45,472 nucleotides of DNA from Alphaproteobacteria bacterium. Its GTDB lineage: Bacteria; Pseudomonadota; Alphaproteobacteria; SHVP01. Of this stretch, positions 20,135-28,348 are shown in pieces; within the stretch, counting starts at the first letter, position 1; every line of letters starts with the position of its first letter. Made by a program: the position numbers and the translations under genes. The stretch covers positions 1-45,472 of the forward strand of contig JAPYRS010000005.1 of assembly GCA_029936875.1 (NCBI GenBank), written 5' to 3'. Below the pieces are notes generated by a model. It made no database searches. It was not told where the DNA came from and saw only the letters and a program-made list of their open reading frames with translations.

Positions 20135-20381
20135 CTAAACGGAGCGCCCCATCACAAGAAACGTGGCCCAGGTGGATACCGGTAAACGCCAGCGAAGCCC
20201 AAGGAATCCGACCACACCCCACAAGGTGATTGCCGCAAGGCCAACCCGGAGCGTCACAATCGTGAACGGCGGCAGTTCGTCAACGGCGATTTCAACGAAG
20301 AAAAACGTGCCCCCACAGCAACGAAAGCGCGATCAGCATCAGCCATTGCCGCGTGCTCATAGTCGTGTTGATCGGGGTCAT
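20135..20381 (-). pseudogene. Truncated, frameshifted EamA/DMT transporter remnant (absent from the ORF track)
   Basis: Minus strand from ATG 20381 reads MTPINTTMSTRQWLMLIALSLLWG. A frameshift in the G-run (plus-strand ccccc near 20310-20314) then gives GTFFFVEIAVDELPPFTIVTLRVGLAAITLWG...WATFLVMG before TAG at 20135-20137. Confidence 0.85.
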
Positions 20382-20485
20382 GAAATCATTTGGTCAGGGG
20401 GAAGTCCGGTGATCATGCGGGCAACATGACCCGCTTCGCTCGCCGGATCATTCTGTTTCTTGCGGTCCCGGCAATAATGCCGAAG

Positions 20486-21835
20486 TCACGCGAGCAGCGT
20501 ATCGTCGATCCAGTGTGAAATCGCCGCGAGGTCTCCGTCCCCATTACCAAAACCCATCACCTGCAGACCAAACGGCATTTCATCGACGTTCATGTGCGGC
20601 AGGGTCAGCGACGGAAATCCGAGAATGCTCCACGGTGCTTGAAAAGTGCGGGTTCCGGTAAAATCAAAACCGAGCAGGGCGGACCCCGACGATGCCGGTG
20701 AAATGAAGGCGTCAACGTCGGCCGAATAGGCACCGACCTGCATGCGCATTAAATCGCGTGCTTCCAGCGCATCCCGATACTGCGCCGGCGAAATTGTCTC
20801 ACCATTTTCGACATAACCAAGAATTGTCGCGCTCAACTCGTACCCCTGATCGCGGTAGGCGAGAAACGGCCACAGCATCTCGTAACACATGATGTCGCGG
20901 CCGGGCCTTTCGGCCTCAATCGCGACCTGGTCGATGGCGGCGAGGCTTTGGTTTGAATCGGGACGGATGATCTCGACGCCTTGGTCGCTGAGTATTTTGA
21001 TGGTTTCCTCAAAGGCCGCGCGCGTGGCGTCGTCACATTCTTTCCAGCCTTCGAAATGAAGAATGCCAAGGCGCAGTGGTTTTTGGGCTTTCGGCAGTTC
21101 TGGCGTGCCGCTTAAGGCTGGCTGTCCTGCGGCGGGGCCAGCGGCATGGGACATGTAATGTGCGGTGACCCAGGTATCCTCAAGGCTGCCGGCAAGAACG
21201 CCGAGGTGATCCCGGGTCGGGCAAACCGGCGAAACGCCGCCGAGGTTGGTCGCCCCAATCGACGGCTTGATCGCGTAGGCGCCGCAGAAGGACGCAGGCC
21301 GCAAAACCGATCCCGCCGTCTGCGTGCCAAGCGCAACTGGCGTCATGCCGGCCCCGACCGAGGCACCGGAGCCACTCGATGATCCGCCGGGCGTGCGTTC
21401 AGGGTCATGCGGGTTGATGGTCGGCCCGGAAATGCCACAGGCAAATTCGGTGGTGACGGTTTTTCCCAAGATGATCGCGCCGCCGCGTTTTAGTGCGGCC
21501 ACGCACGCGGCATCGGCCGCCGGCTGACGGCCTTTGTGAATTGCGGAATTCATCTCGGTCAGGAAATCGGCGGTATCGATTATATCTTTGACCGCGACCG
21601 GGCAGCCATCAAGCAGCGAGAGCGGCTCGCCGTTTTTGTAGCGCTCCGTTGCCGCATCGGCGGCAGCGCGCGCGGCATCCAACCCAAGCACCGTAAATGC
21701 TTTGATGTCGCGATCGCGGGCTTCAATAACTTCGATGCAGCGTTCGAGAAACGCGCGCGGCGAATCTTCCCCACTCTGGAAGGTGCGGCGTGCAGCCGCA
21801 AATGGTCGAAGTGTATTTGCCGAGATATTTGGCAC
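20486..21835 (-). CDS. Amidase-signature family amidohydrolase
   Basis: G.PVAVKDII (catalytic Lys), GKTVTTEFA, TPGGSSSGS, GTQTAGSVLRPASFCG. GTG start at 21835 with AGGGG RBS. Confidence 0.92.
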   Translation of the reverse strand: MPNISANTLRPFAAARRTFQSGEDSPRAFLERCIEVIEARDRDIKAFTVLGLDAARAAADAATERYKNGEPLSLLDGCPVAVKDIIDTADFLTEMNSAIHKGRQPAADAACVAALKRGGAIILGKTVTTEFACGISGPTINPHDPERTPGGSSSGSGASVGAGMTPVALGTQTAGSVLRPASFCGAYAIKPSIGATNLGGVSPVCPTRDHLGVLAGSLEDTWVTAHYMSHAAGPAAGQPALSGTPELPKAQKPLRLGILHFEGWKECDDATRAAFEETIKILSDQGVEIIRPDSNQSLAAIDQVAIEAERPGRDIMCYEMLWPFLAYRDQGYELSATILGYVENGETISPAQYRDALEARDLMRMQVGAYSADVDAFISPASSGSALLGFDFTGTRTFQAPWSILGFPSLTLPHMNVDEMPFGLQVMGFGNGDGDLAAISHWIDDTLLA

Positions 21836-21904
21836 GGTATTTCCCCTGTCGAATTTTTTGCAGTTTAGACGAATCAGCAGCGCACCCATAGCCAAACCAT
21901 CGCC

Positions 21905-21937
21905 CGCCGGTCATGGACAATGCCGACATGACAGGCG
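21905..21937. promoter_or_regulatory. Imperfect inverted repeat in the divergent amidase / triplet promoter region (candidate operator)
   Basis: cgccgGTCATG-N11-CATGACaggcg; 10 of 11 arm positions pair. Confidence 0.35.
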
Positions 21938-21990
21938 TAGTCCGCTCGGCTAGGCTTCGCCGATAATAAAATGCGTCCTGGGAGCGTTTC

Positions 21991-22671
21991 ATGAGTGCGT
22001 TCGATTACTGGCATACGATCTGGATTCTGGTTCACGTTCTACTTTTTGTGTATTGGCTCGGCGGCGACCTTGGCGTTTTTTATGGCAGCCGCTTCCGGAA
22101 TTCCAATGCCCAGGACGTGCCGACTCGCCAACTGATTGGAAAAATCACCGGCGCGGTCGATATGGCGCCCCGCACGACCCTGGTTTTAATGATGCCGGTC
22201 GGCCTAACGCTCGCCGCCGATCTCGATTTGTCGCCGGTCACCGGCTGGTGGCTTGGATTGGTCTGGATCGCTTCGCTCGCCTGGCTGTGGCTGGTCTGGC
22301 GGGTACACCTCGAAGCCTCACCCGAGCGCAAGAAACGTCTCGCCGGATTCGATATGAGACTGAGGTGGCTGGTCTTGGTTGTGCTGACGGTTTCCGCTCT
22401 TTCTACCTTCATCAGCGGCGAACCGTTCGGCGAAAACTGGCTGGCGGTGAAGGTGCTGCTCTATGCGGCGATGATCGGCTGCGGGATCATGATCCGGATC
22501 ACCATCAAGCCCTACGGCGCCGCTTTCCAAAGTCTGGTTGATAATGGCTCGACACCGGAAACCGAGGCGACCATTCAGGCGGTCGCAAAGGTATCGCGGC
22601 GCTGGGTAAAAACAATTTGGGCGCTGCTTCTGGTTGCGGCGTGGTTCGGCATCGCGCAACCCAATATCTGA
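21991..22671 (+). CDS. Uncharacterised ~6-TM membrane protein, paralog 1 (HemJ/DUF2269/CopD-like motifs)
   Basis: HVLLFVYWLGGDLGVFY, DMAPR, WLAVKVLL, CGIMIR, GSTPE, C-terminal GIAQP. GGAG RBS upstream. Confidence 0.85.
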   Translation: MSAFDYWHTIWILVHVLLFVYWLGGDLGVFYGSRFRNSNAQDVPTRQLIGKITGAVDMAPRTTLVLMMPVGLTLAADLDLSPVTGWWLGLVWIASLAWLWLVWRVHLEASPERKKRLAGFDMRLRWLVLVVLTVSALSTFISGEPFGENWLAVKVLLYAAMIGCGIMIRITIKPYGAAFQSLVDNGSTPETEATIQAVAKVSRRWVKTIWALLLVAAWFGIAQPNI

Positions 22672-22743
22672 TTTCGGCAATTGGGTGCACCGTCATAGGG
22701 CGGCGCACCTCCAGAAACATGTTTGAACGGTTGAGGAAAACAC

Positions 22744-23412
22744 ATGGAAATGCAGGGAATATGGGCGTTCATCCACGTCATGTTTCTGGTCTATTGGCTC
22801 GGCGCCGATCTCGGCGTGTTCTACGTCGCCTATCAGATCATCAAGCCGGAACATTCACCGGAGGCGAGGGCGACCCTTCTAAAAGTGTTGGGGTTCATCG
22901 ACGGATTTCCGCGCGCGGTTTCAATATTTATGCTGCCGGTAGGAATTCAACTGGCTGACGGCCTCGGCCTGTCGCCGGTTTCGGGCGGCATGTTGTGGCT
23001 TCCGTGGATTGCCGCCCTCATCTGGTTTGCCATTGCCTATAGCGCGAACGCGCGGCGCACGACGCCACGGGGAAAACAGCTCGCGAAACTCGATCTCGCG
23101 ATTCGGGCGGCTCTGGTTCTCGGCCTCGGCGTCTTTTCGATTGCCACGTTTGTTTCGGGTGGCCCGTTCGGGGCCAATTGGTTGGCGCTCAAAGTTCTAT
23201 GTTTCGCCCTGATCCTGATTTGCGGCATTGGCATTCGTCTCACCTTCATCCCATTTGGCCCGGCGTTTGGCCGGTTGATGGCGGAAGGGTCGACCCCAGA
23301 GGTGGAAGCGACGTTGAAACGCGCCGTTGATCGGGTCGTGCCGTTTGTATTGGCGCTTTGGTTTTTGCTCGGCGTGGCTGCGTTGATCGGCATTTCGCAG
23401 CCGGATTTTTAG
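22744..23412 (+). CDS. Uncharacterised ~6-TM membrane protein, paralog 2
   Basis: HVMFLVYWLGADLGVFY, DGFPR, WLALKVLC, CGIGIR, GSTPE, GISQP. GAGG RBS upstream. Confidence 0.85.
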   Translation: MEMQGIWAFIHVMFLVYWLGADLGVFYVAYQIIKPEHSPEARATLLKVLGFIDGFPRAVSIFMLPVGIQLADGLGLSPVSGGMLWLPWIAALIWFAIAYSANARRTTPRGKQLAKLDLAIRAALVLGLGVFSIATFVSGGPFGANWLALKVLCFALILICGIGIRLTFIPFGPAFGRLMAEGSTPEVEATLKRAVDRVVPFVLALWFLLGVAALIGISQPDF

Positions 23413-23421
23413 GGGTCGGAA

Positions 23422-24090
23422 ATGGAAGCACATGATTTTTGGTTATTTCTGCATCTTCTGACTTTTGTCTACTGGATGGGTGCCGACCTCGGCGTGTTCT
23501 ATTCGTCGCGCTTCGTCATCAACAGTTCGTATCAGCCAGCGACGCGGGCGTTGTTGTTGAAGACACTGGCGTGGCTCGACATGGTGCCGCGATACGCGCT
23601 TTTGTTGACGCTGCCGGTTGGATTACGGCTCGCCGGTGATCTCAATATTTCGCCAGTGTCGGGCGGTTCGTTCTGGCTGGTCTGGCTTGGGCTTATCATT
23701 TGGGTCGCGCTGGTCACGCAAATTCATCGCCGTGAAGGGACCGAAGCCGCAAAGACGCTTGCCAAAATTGACATGGTGCTGCGCTTTGTTCTGGTCGTGG
23801 TGCTTGCGGTGACGGCAATCATGTCGCTTTCGGGATCTGCGATTTACGGCACCGATTGGCTTGCGGTGAAGGTTCTGTTGTTTGCCGCCGCCGTTGGCTG
23901 CGGTTTCATGATCCGGATTACGTTTAAGCCCTTTGGGCCGGCTTTTGCCGCGATCATGAAAGACGGCTCGACCCCCGAACAGGAAACCAAACTCCGAAAT
24001 TCGCTCAATGCTGCGGCCCGCTGGGTTGTGGTGTTGTGGGTTATTATTGCGGCGGCGGCTTTTTTCGGTATCACCCAGCCGAGTTTCTAG
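23422..24090 (+). CDS. Uncharacterised ~6-TM membrane protein, paralog 3
   Basis: HLLTFVYWMGADLGVFY, DMVPR, WLAVKVLL, CGFMIR, GSTPE, GITQP. Starts 9 bp after paralog 2. Confidence 0.85.
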   Translation: MEAHDFWLFLHLLTFVYWMGADLGVFYSSRFVINSSYQPATRALLLKTLAWLDMVPRYALLLTLPVGLRLAGDLNISPVSGGSFWLVWLGLIIWVALVTQIHRREGTEAAKTLAKIDMVLRFVLVVVLAVTAIMSLSGSAIYGTDWLAVKVLLFAAAVGCGFMIRITFKPFGPAFAAIMKDGSTPEQETKLRNSLNAAARWVVVLWVIIAAAAFFGITQPSF

Positions 24091-24101
24091 TCTCCATTTC
24101 A

Positions 24102-24153
24102 GCCAATCGTTTTGGCCAGTCGTTTTGGCCAGTCGTTTTCGCCAATCGTATCG
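24102..24153. repeat. Four 13-bp tandem repeats upstream of the YejA-like gene
   Basis: gccaatcgttttg / gccagtcgttttg / gccagtcgttttc / gccaatcgtatcg. Confidence 0.88.
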
Positions 24154-24208
24154 AAATGCCGGCGGGCGCGGTAAGCTTCCGCTCTTCACTCCGAACAGGG
24201 AGAGTTCG

Positions 24209-26062
24209 ATGAAACGGGTCCAGAGTTTCTGCTTTGCCGCCGCCTTTGTTGCTGGCGCGACCATTGCTGGTCAAGCAATCTTCGCTGGCCAAGCCCTCAT
24301 CGTGGGGCAAGCGGCGGCCGAACCGCAACACGGAGTCGCCATGCACGGCGCACCAAAATATTCGGCGGGATTTTCGCATCTCGAATACACAGACCCGAAG
24401 GCGCCGAAAGGTGGCGAAATTCGATTTGGTGTCACCGGATCCTTCGACAGTTTGCAGCCGTTCATCATCAAGGGCCGGGCCGCGGCGGGGCGGCATTTTG
24501 TTTTCGAAAGCCTTTTGAAACGTGTCTGGGACGAACCGTTTTCAATGTACGGATTGATCGCGGAAACCGTGGAGATGCCGTCCGACCGCAACTGGGTTGA
24601 ATTCAAATTACACAGCGACGCGCGCTGGCATGACGGCACACCGATCATGGTCGAAGATGTAATCTGGTCGATGGAAACATTGCGCGATCAAGGCCGGCCC
24701 AATCACAAACTTTTCTATTCGAAAGTGATAGAGGTGACGCGACCGGCACCGAACACGGTCCGGTTTGATTTCGGCCCCGACAATGACGACCGCGAACTGG
24801 CGTTGCTGATGGGTCTGATGCCGGTGCTTTCCAAAAATCATTTTGCCGATCGCGAATTCAACGAAACGACGCTCGAGCCGATTCTTGGCTCCGGTCCTTA
24901 CCGGATTGCGGATGTCGATCCAGGCCGGTCGATCGAATACGAGCGCGTCACCGATTATTGGGCGCAGGGCCTCGGTGTAAACGCCGGCCAAAACAATTTT
25001 GACCGCATTAAGTATGACTATTTTCTCGATGGCACGGTCCTGTTCGAGGCCTTCAAGGCTGACGAATATGATTTTCGTAGCGAATTTTCGGCGACGCGAT
25101 GGGCAATCGGCTACGATTTTCCGGCCGTTGACGATGGCCGTGTGGTCAAGGAAATGCTGGAAAATGATCGCCCATCCGGCATGCGCGGCTTTGTCTTTAA
25201 TACACGCCGCGAGGTTTTTGCGGATCGCGCCGTTCGGGAAGCACTGTCCTACGCCTTTGATTTTGAGTGGGTAAACAAAAACCTCCTCCACGGGGCCTAT
25301 ACGCGCAGCGAAAGTTTTTTCGCCAATTCCGAACTCGCGTCGAACAGCATTCCGCAGGGTGCAGAACGGGCGCTTTTGGAACCACACCGCGGCGCGGTCC
25401 CGGGAGAAGTATTTTTAAAACAGTTTAGTGCACCGAAAACCGACGGTACCGGCAACGTCCGGGCCAACCTCCGCAAGGCGTTGGCGCTATTGAGGGCCGC
25501 CGGTTGGAACTTGAAAGACGGGGCGTTAACGCGTGGCTCAGATGGGCTGCCGATGACGTTCGAGATTTTGCTGGTCTCGCCGTCGAACGAAAAAATCGCC
25601 CTTGCCTATGCGCGCAATCTCGAACGGATCGGCGTCATCGCCAAAGTGCGCACAGTGGATTCGGCGCAGTATCAAGGCCGCCGCACCGCCTACGATTACG
25701 ACATGATTATTTTTCGTTGGGGCATTTCCCTTTCGCCCGGAAACGAGCAGGCTTTTTACTGGGGTTCGGAAGCGGCAGACCAGGACGGCTCCCGCAACTA
25801 CATGGGTGCGAAAGACCCGGTCATGGACGATCTGATTTTAAGAGTAACCATGGCCGATGATCGCATCGGGCTTGTCACCGCGATGCGCGCGCTCGACCGC
25901 GTGTTGTTATGGAACCATTACGTGGTGCCGCTCTATTACCTTGAGAGCGACCGTGCCGCCTATTGGGACCGTTTCGGCCATCCGGCAACAACGTCGACTT
26001 ACGGAAATGTTATTGAGAGTTGGTGGGAAGACCCGAAGAAACTCGCAGCCAATCCGCGCTAG
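24209..26062 (+). CDS. Family 5 extracellular solute-binding protein, YejA-like (peptide / microcin C ABC substrate-binding)
   Basis: HG.AMHGAPKY...F.H..Y.DP.APKGG, GSFDSL.PFIIKG, YGLIAE, ARWHDG.P, LGSGPY, NFD.I.YDY, FNTRR, SPGNEQ, ALDRVL. Signal peptide present; ATG 24209 with GGAG RBS. Confidence 0.92.
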   Translation: MKRVQSFCFAAAFVAGATIAGQAIFAGQALIVGQAAAEPQHGVAMHGAPKYSAGFSHLEYTDPKAPKGGEIRFGVTGSFDSLQPFIIKGRAAAGRHFVFESLLKRVWDEPFSMYGLIAETVEMPSDRNWVEFKLHSDARWHDGTPIMVEDVIWSMETLRDQGRPNHKLFYSKVIEVTRPAPNTVRFDFGPDNDDRELALLMGLMPVLSKNHFADREFNETTLEPILGSGPYRIADVDPGRSIEYERVTDYWAQGLGVNAGQNNFDRIKYDYFLDGTVLFEAFKADEYDFRSEFSATRWAIGYDFPAVDDGRVVKEMLENDRPSGMRGFVFNTRREVFADRAVREALSYAFDFEWVNKNLLHGAYTRSESFFANSELASNSIPQGAERALLEPHRGAVPGEVFLKQFSAPKTDGTGNVRANLRKALALLRAAGWNLKDGALTRGSDGLPMTFEILLVSPSNEKIALAYARNLERIGVIAKVRTVDSAQYQGRRTAYDYDMIIFRWGISLSPGNEQAFYWGSEAADQDGSRNYMGAKDPVMDDLILRVTMADDRIGLVTAMRALDRVLLWNHYVVPLYYLESDRAAYWDRFGHPATTSTYGNVIESWWEDPKKLAANPR

Positions 26063-26096
26063 ATTTTTTCGGCCGCGTTAAAATGTTCGGGCCTCG

Positions 26097-26843
26097 TTAA
26101 AATTTTCGGGCGAGAACCTTGAGGCCGGGTTTCAGCGAGAAGCGATAGCGAAAAATTTTTAAACCATGCTTCTCAAGCAAACGGGAAAGCGTCTGCCGAT
26201 CAAAATAAACACAGTGTGATGGCGGGCAGAATGCGTCCCATTCGGGCAGGTTTTTCGGTCGACGCCAATGTCCGTAGTCAGGCGTCGTCAAATAAAGAAG
26301 CGCGTCTGGCGTCATCAGTTTGGCGATCGCTTCCACAAACGGATTGAGATCGGGCACATGTTCGATCACTTCCGAACAGTAAACTGCATCAAACGTCGCC
26401 CCGTTGGCGGCTTCCTGATAGGCCTCGATTGAGCCGAGGAAAAATTCGTTGGCAGAATAATGTTCTCGCGCATAAGCAACGGATGCCTGATCAATTTCCA
26501 CGCCGACGCAGTCGAACCCTTGTTCGCGTGCGGCTTCGGTCATGAAGCCGCCGTTTGCGCCGACGTCGAGGAACCGCGGGCGGGTGTCCGATTTATTTGC
26601 TGTCATGCGCAAGATCGCGCGCGCCCGTCTCCGCGACCGGCGCATTTTTGAATCGACCTTGGCGAAATATCCGGCACTCGCGCCGTCGTAGGCGTCGTCA
26701 TAGATCGCCGCCTGCACCTCTTCCGAAGGCATCGTCTCCATGAATACGAAGTTGCATTCGGTACACGTGACGACGGCAACATCATCCTGTGCGATGACGG
26801 GCGTCGTGCTTGTGCTGCCGCATATCTGGCAAGTGGTGCTCAT
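26097..26843 (-). CDS. Class I SAM-dependent methyltransferase with N-terminal CxxC...CxxC Zn ribbon
   Basis: CQIC...CTEC, FLDVGANGG, GVEID, SEVIEHV, LYLTTP, PP.H..YF. Start set at ATG 26843. Confidence 0.88.
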   Translation of the reverse strand: MSTTCQICGSTSTTPVIAQDDVAVVTCTECNFVFMETMPSEEVQAAIYDDAYDGASAGYFAKVDSKMRRSRRRARAILRMTANKSDTRPRFLDVGANGGFMTEAAREQGFDCVGVEIDQASVAYAREHYSANEFFLGSIEAYQEAANGATFDAVYCSEVIEHVPDLNPFVEAIAKLMTPDALLYLTTPDYGHWRRPKNLPEWDAFCPPSHCVYFDRQTLSRLLEKHGLKIFRYRFSLKPGLKVLARKF

Positions 26844-27227
26844 TTTTTCTCCGGATAATTTCGCGCGACCATGCCGCCTGGCCCGCGCCCGGGTCAAGCC
26901 GATTTCGAATCGGCCTGATAAATTCGGGCGAGGCTTCATCTCACGGCATCATTTCATGCGGCCCGGCGGCCTGAATATTTGCCAATTGTGAACGGGCACT
27001 TTCCTGGGCGCATCAAAAGACGTTCCCGGCAGTTGAAGCTAACTATCTGTTTCTATGTGGTTATTCCGGTCCCTTGAGGTGAAAAATTCAGCCGAAGCCC
27101 GCCGCCTCTGGCGGATTTGCGCCCGCGACAAATTTATCCCTCGGCATATTCGGAATCTATGACCATATTGGTTCGGAGAACGCGGCTTTCACATAGCAAG
27201 TTGGGCGAGCCGCGGGAGGTAGTCTCG

Positions 27228-28223
27228 ATGGGAAAAACCAAGCGCTCTGTTGTCGCACTCCAGCGTGCGGTTAGGGGCCTCCGGAAAGTTCCGAATTGGC
27301 GACGGCGTCGCGGCGACGCGACTAAACGGACGCGCGGCCCGGTTGCCAAGTTCATGCGCGCGCGTGCCGAACGGCGCGACAGGCGTTCCCTGCGGACGAG
27401 GAAAGAAGCGTTGCAGTACGACGATCCGACCATCATGAATTCCGCGGACGGGCGATTTGAAATTCGCATTACCCGCGCGGACGCTGATATTTCCGCCGCG
27501 CAGGAATTGCGCTACCGCATTTTTTACGAAGAAATGGATGCCGTCGCATCGGAGCAAACCAAAATCCTCCGCCGTGATGCCGACACCTTCGATTCGATCT
27601 GCGATCATATTCTGGTCAATGACGTGACGCGCGCCGCGGGCGATCAGGCGGTCGGGACATACCGTCTGCTGCGCCACGATGTGGCTCTGGCCCATCGCGG
27701 GTTTTATTCGGCGGACGAATATGACCTCTCCAATATTCTCGGTCGGTCGACCGACAACACGGGCATCTGTGAAATTGGGCGATCAAGCGTCCACGCCGAT
27801 TACCGCAACAATGCGACCATCCAGTTATTGTGGCGTGGGCTCGCGCGATATTTTTCGGAAAATGAAATCACCTACACGCTGGGGTGCGCAAGTTTTCCGG
27901 GGGTTGATCCTGCCGTCCATGCGTTGCCGCTTTCCTATCTTTATCATCATCATCTCGCGCGGGAGGACCTGCGCGCCCGCGCGCTGCCCGATCGGTTTTC
28001 AGAGATGAACCTGATGCCAAAAGATCAGATCGAATTGAAAAAGGCATTGAAGCAAATGCCGCCGCTGATTAAAGCCTATCTCCGCCTCGGCGCATTTGTC
28101 GGTGACGGCGCCGTCATTGATCACCAGTTTCACACCACCGACGTCTTCGTGATTACCGACATGGCGACGATTCCGGAAAAATATCACGTTCACTTTGAAC
28201 GCGAAGCCGCACTTCAATCCTGA
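27228..28223 (+). CDS. olsB: GNAT-family ornithine N-acyltransferase (OlsB-like, ornithine/amino-lipid synthesis)
   Basis: AQELRYRIFYEEM, D.DTFD.ICDHILV, VGTYRLL, FYSADEYD, EIGRS.V..DYR, LLW.G, GCASF, PPLIKAYLRLGA, D..F.TTDV. ATG 27228 with GGAGG RBS. Confidence 0.85.
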   Translation: MGKTKRSVVALQRAVRGLRKVPNWRRRRGDATKRTRGPVAKFMRARAERRDRRSLRTRKEALQYDDPTIMNSADGRFEIRITRADADISAAQELRYRIFYEEMDAVASEQTKILRRDADTFDSICDHILVNDVTRAAGDQAVGTYRLLRHDVALAHRGFYSADEYDLSNILGRSTDNTGICEIGRSSVHADYRNNATIQLLWRGLARYFSENEITYTLGCASFPGVDPAVHALPLSYLYHHHLAREDLRARALPDRFSEMNLMPKDQIELKKALKQMPPLIKAYLRLGAFVGDGAVIDHQFHTTDVFVITDMATIPEKYHVHFEREAALQS

Positions 28224-28283
28224 TCCAACAAGCGCTTCCCATGCATTGTCGATCCACCGCGCCGATTTGCGCGGCCGACCGTA

Positions 28284-28343
28284 CACTGTGATGCCGCCCA
28301 CTGTGATGTCGCCCACTGTGATGTCGCCCACTGTGATATCGTC
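28284..28343. repeat. Four 15-bp tandem repeats immediately upstream of mutS
   Basis: cactgtgatgccgcc / cactgtgatgtcgcc / cactgtgatgtcgcc / cactgtgatatcgtc, ending 5 bp before the ATG at 28349. Confidence 0.92.
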
Positions 28344-28348
28344 GCCGG

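Noticed and set aside
20163-20429. 88-aa plus-strand ORF as a real small gene
   Set aside because: It is the antisense shadow of the EamA remnant on the minus strand.
22712-22727. gaaacatgtttgaac between paralogs 1 and 2 as a LexA-like or palindromic operator
   Set aside because: It is a short palindrome with a mismatch to GAAC-N7-GAAC, which is too weak to support.
19182-26843. Mobile genomic island or prophage
   Set aside because: No integrase, transposase, phage gene, tRNA target or flanking direct repeat is visible, and composition looks similar to the core genes.
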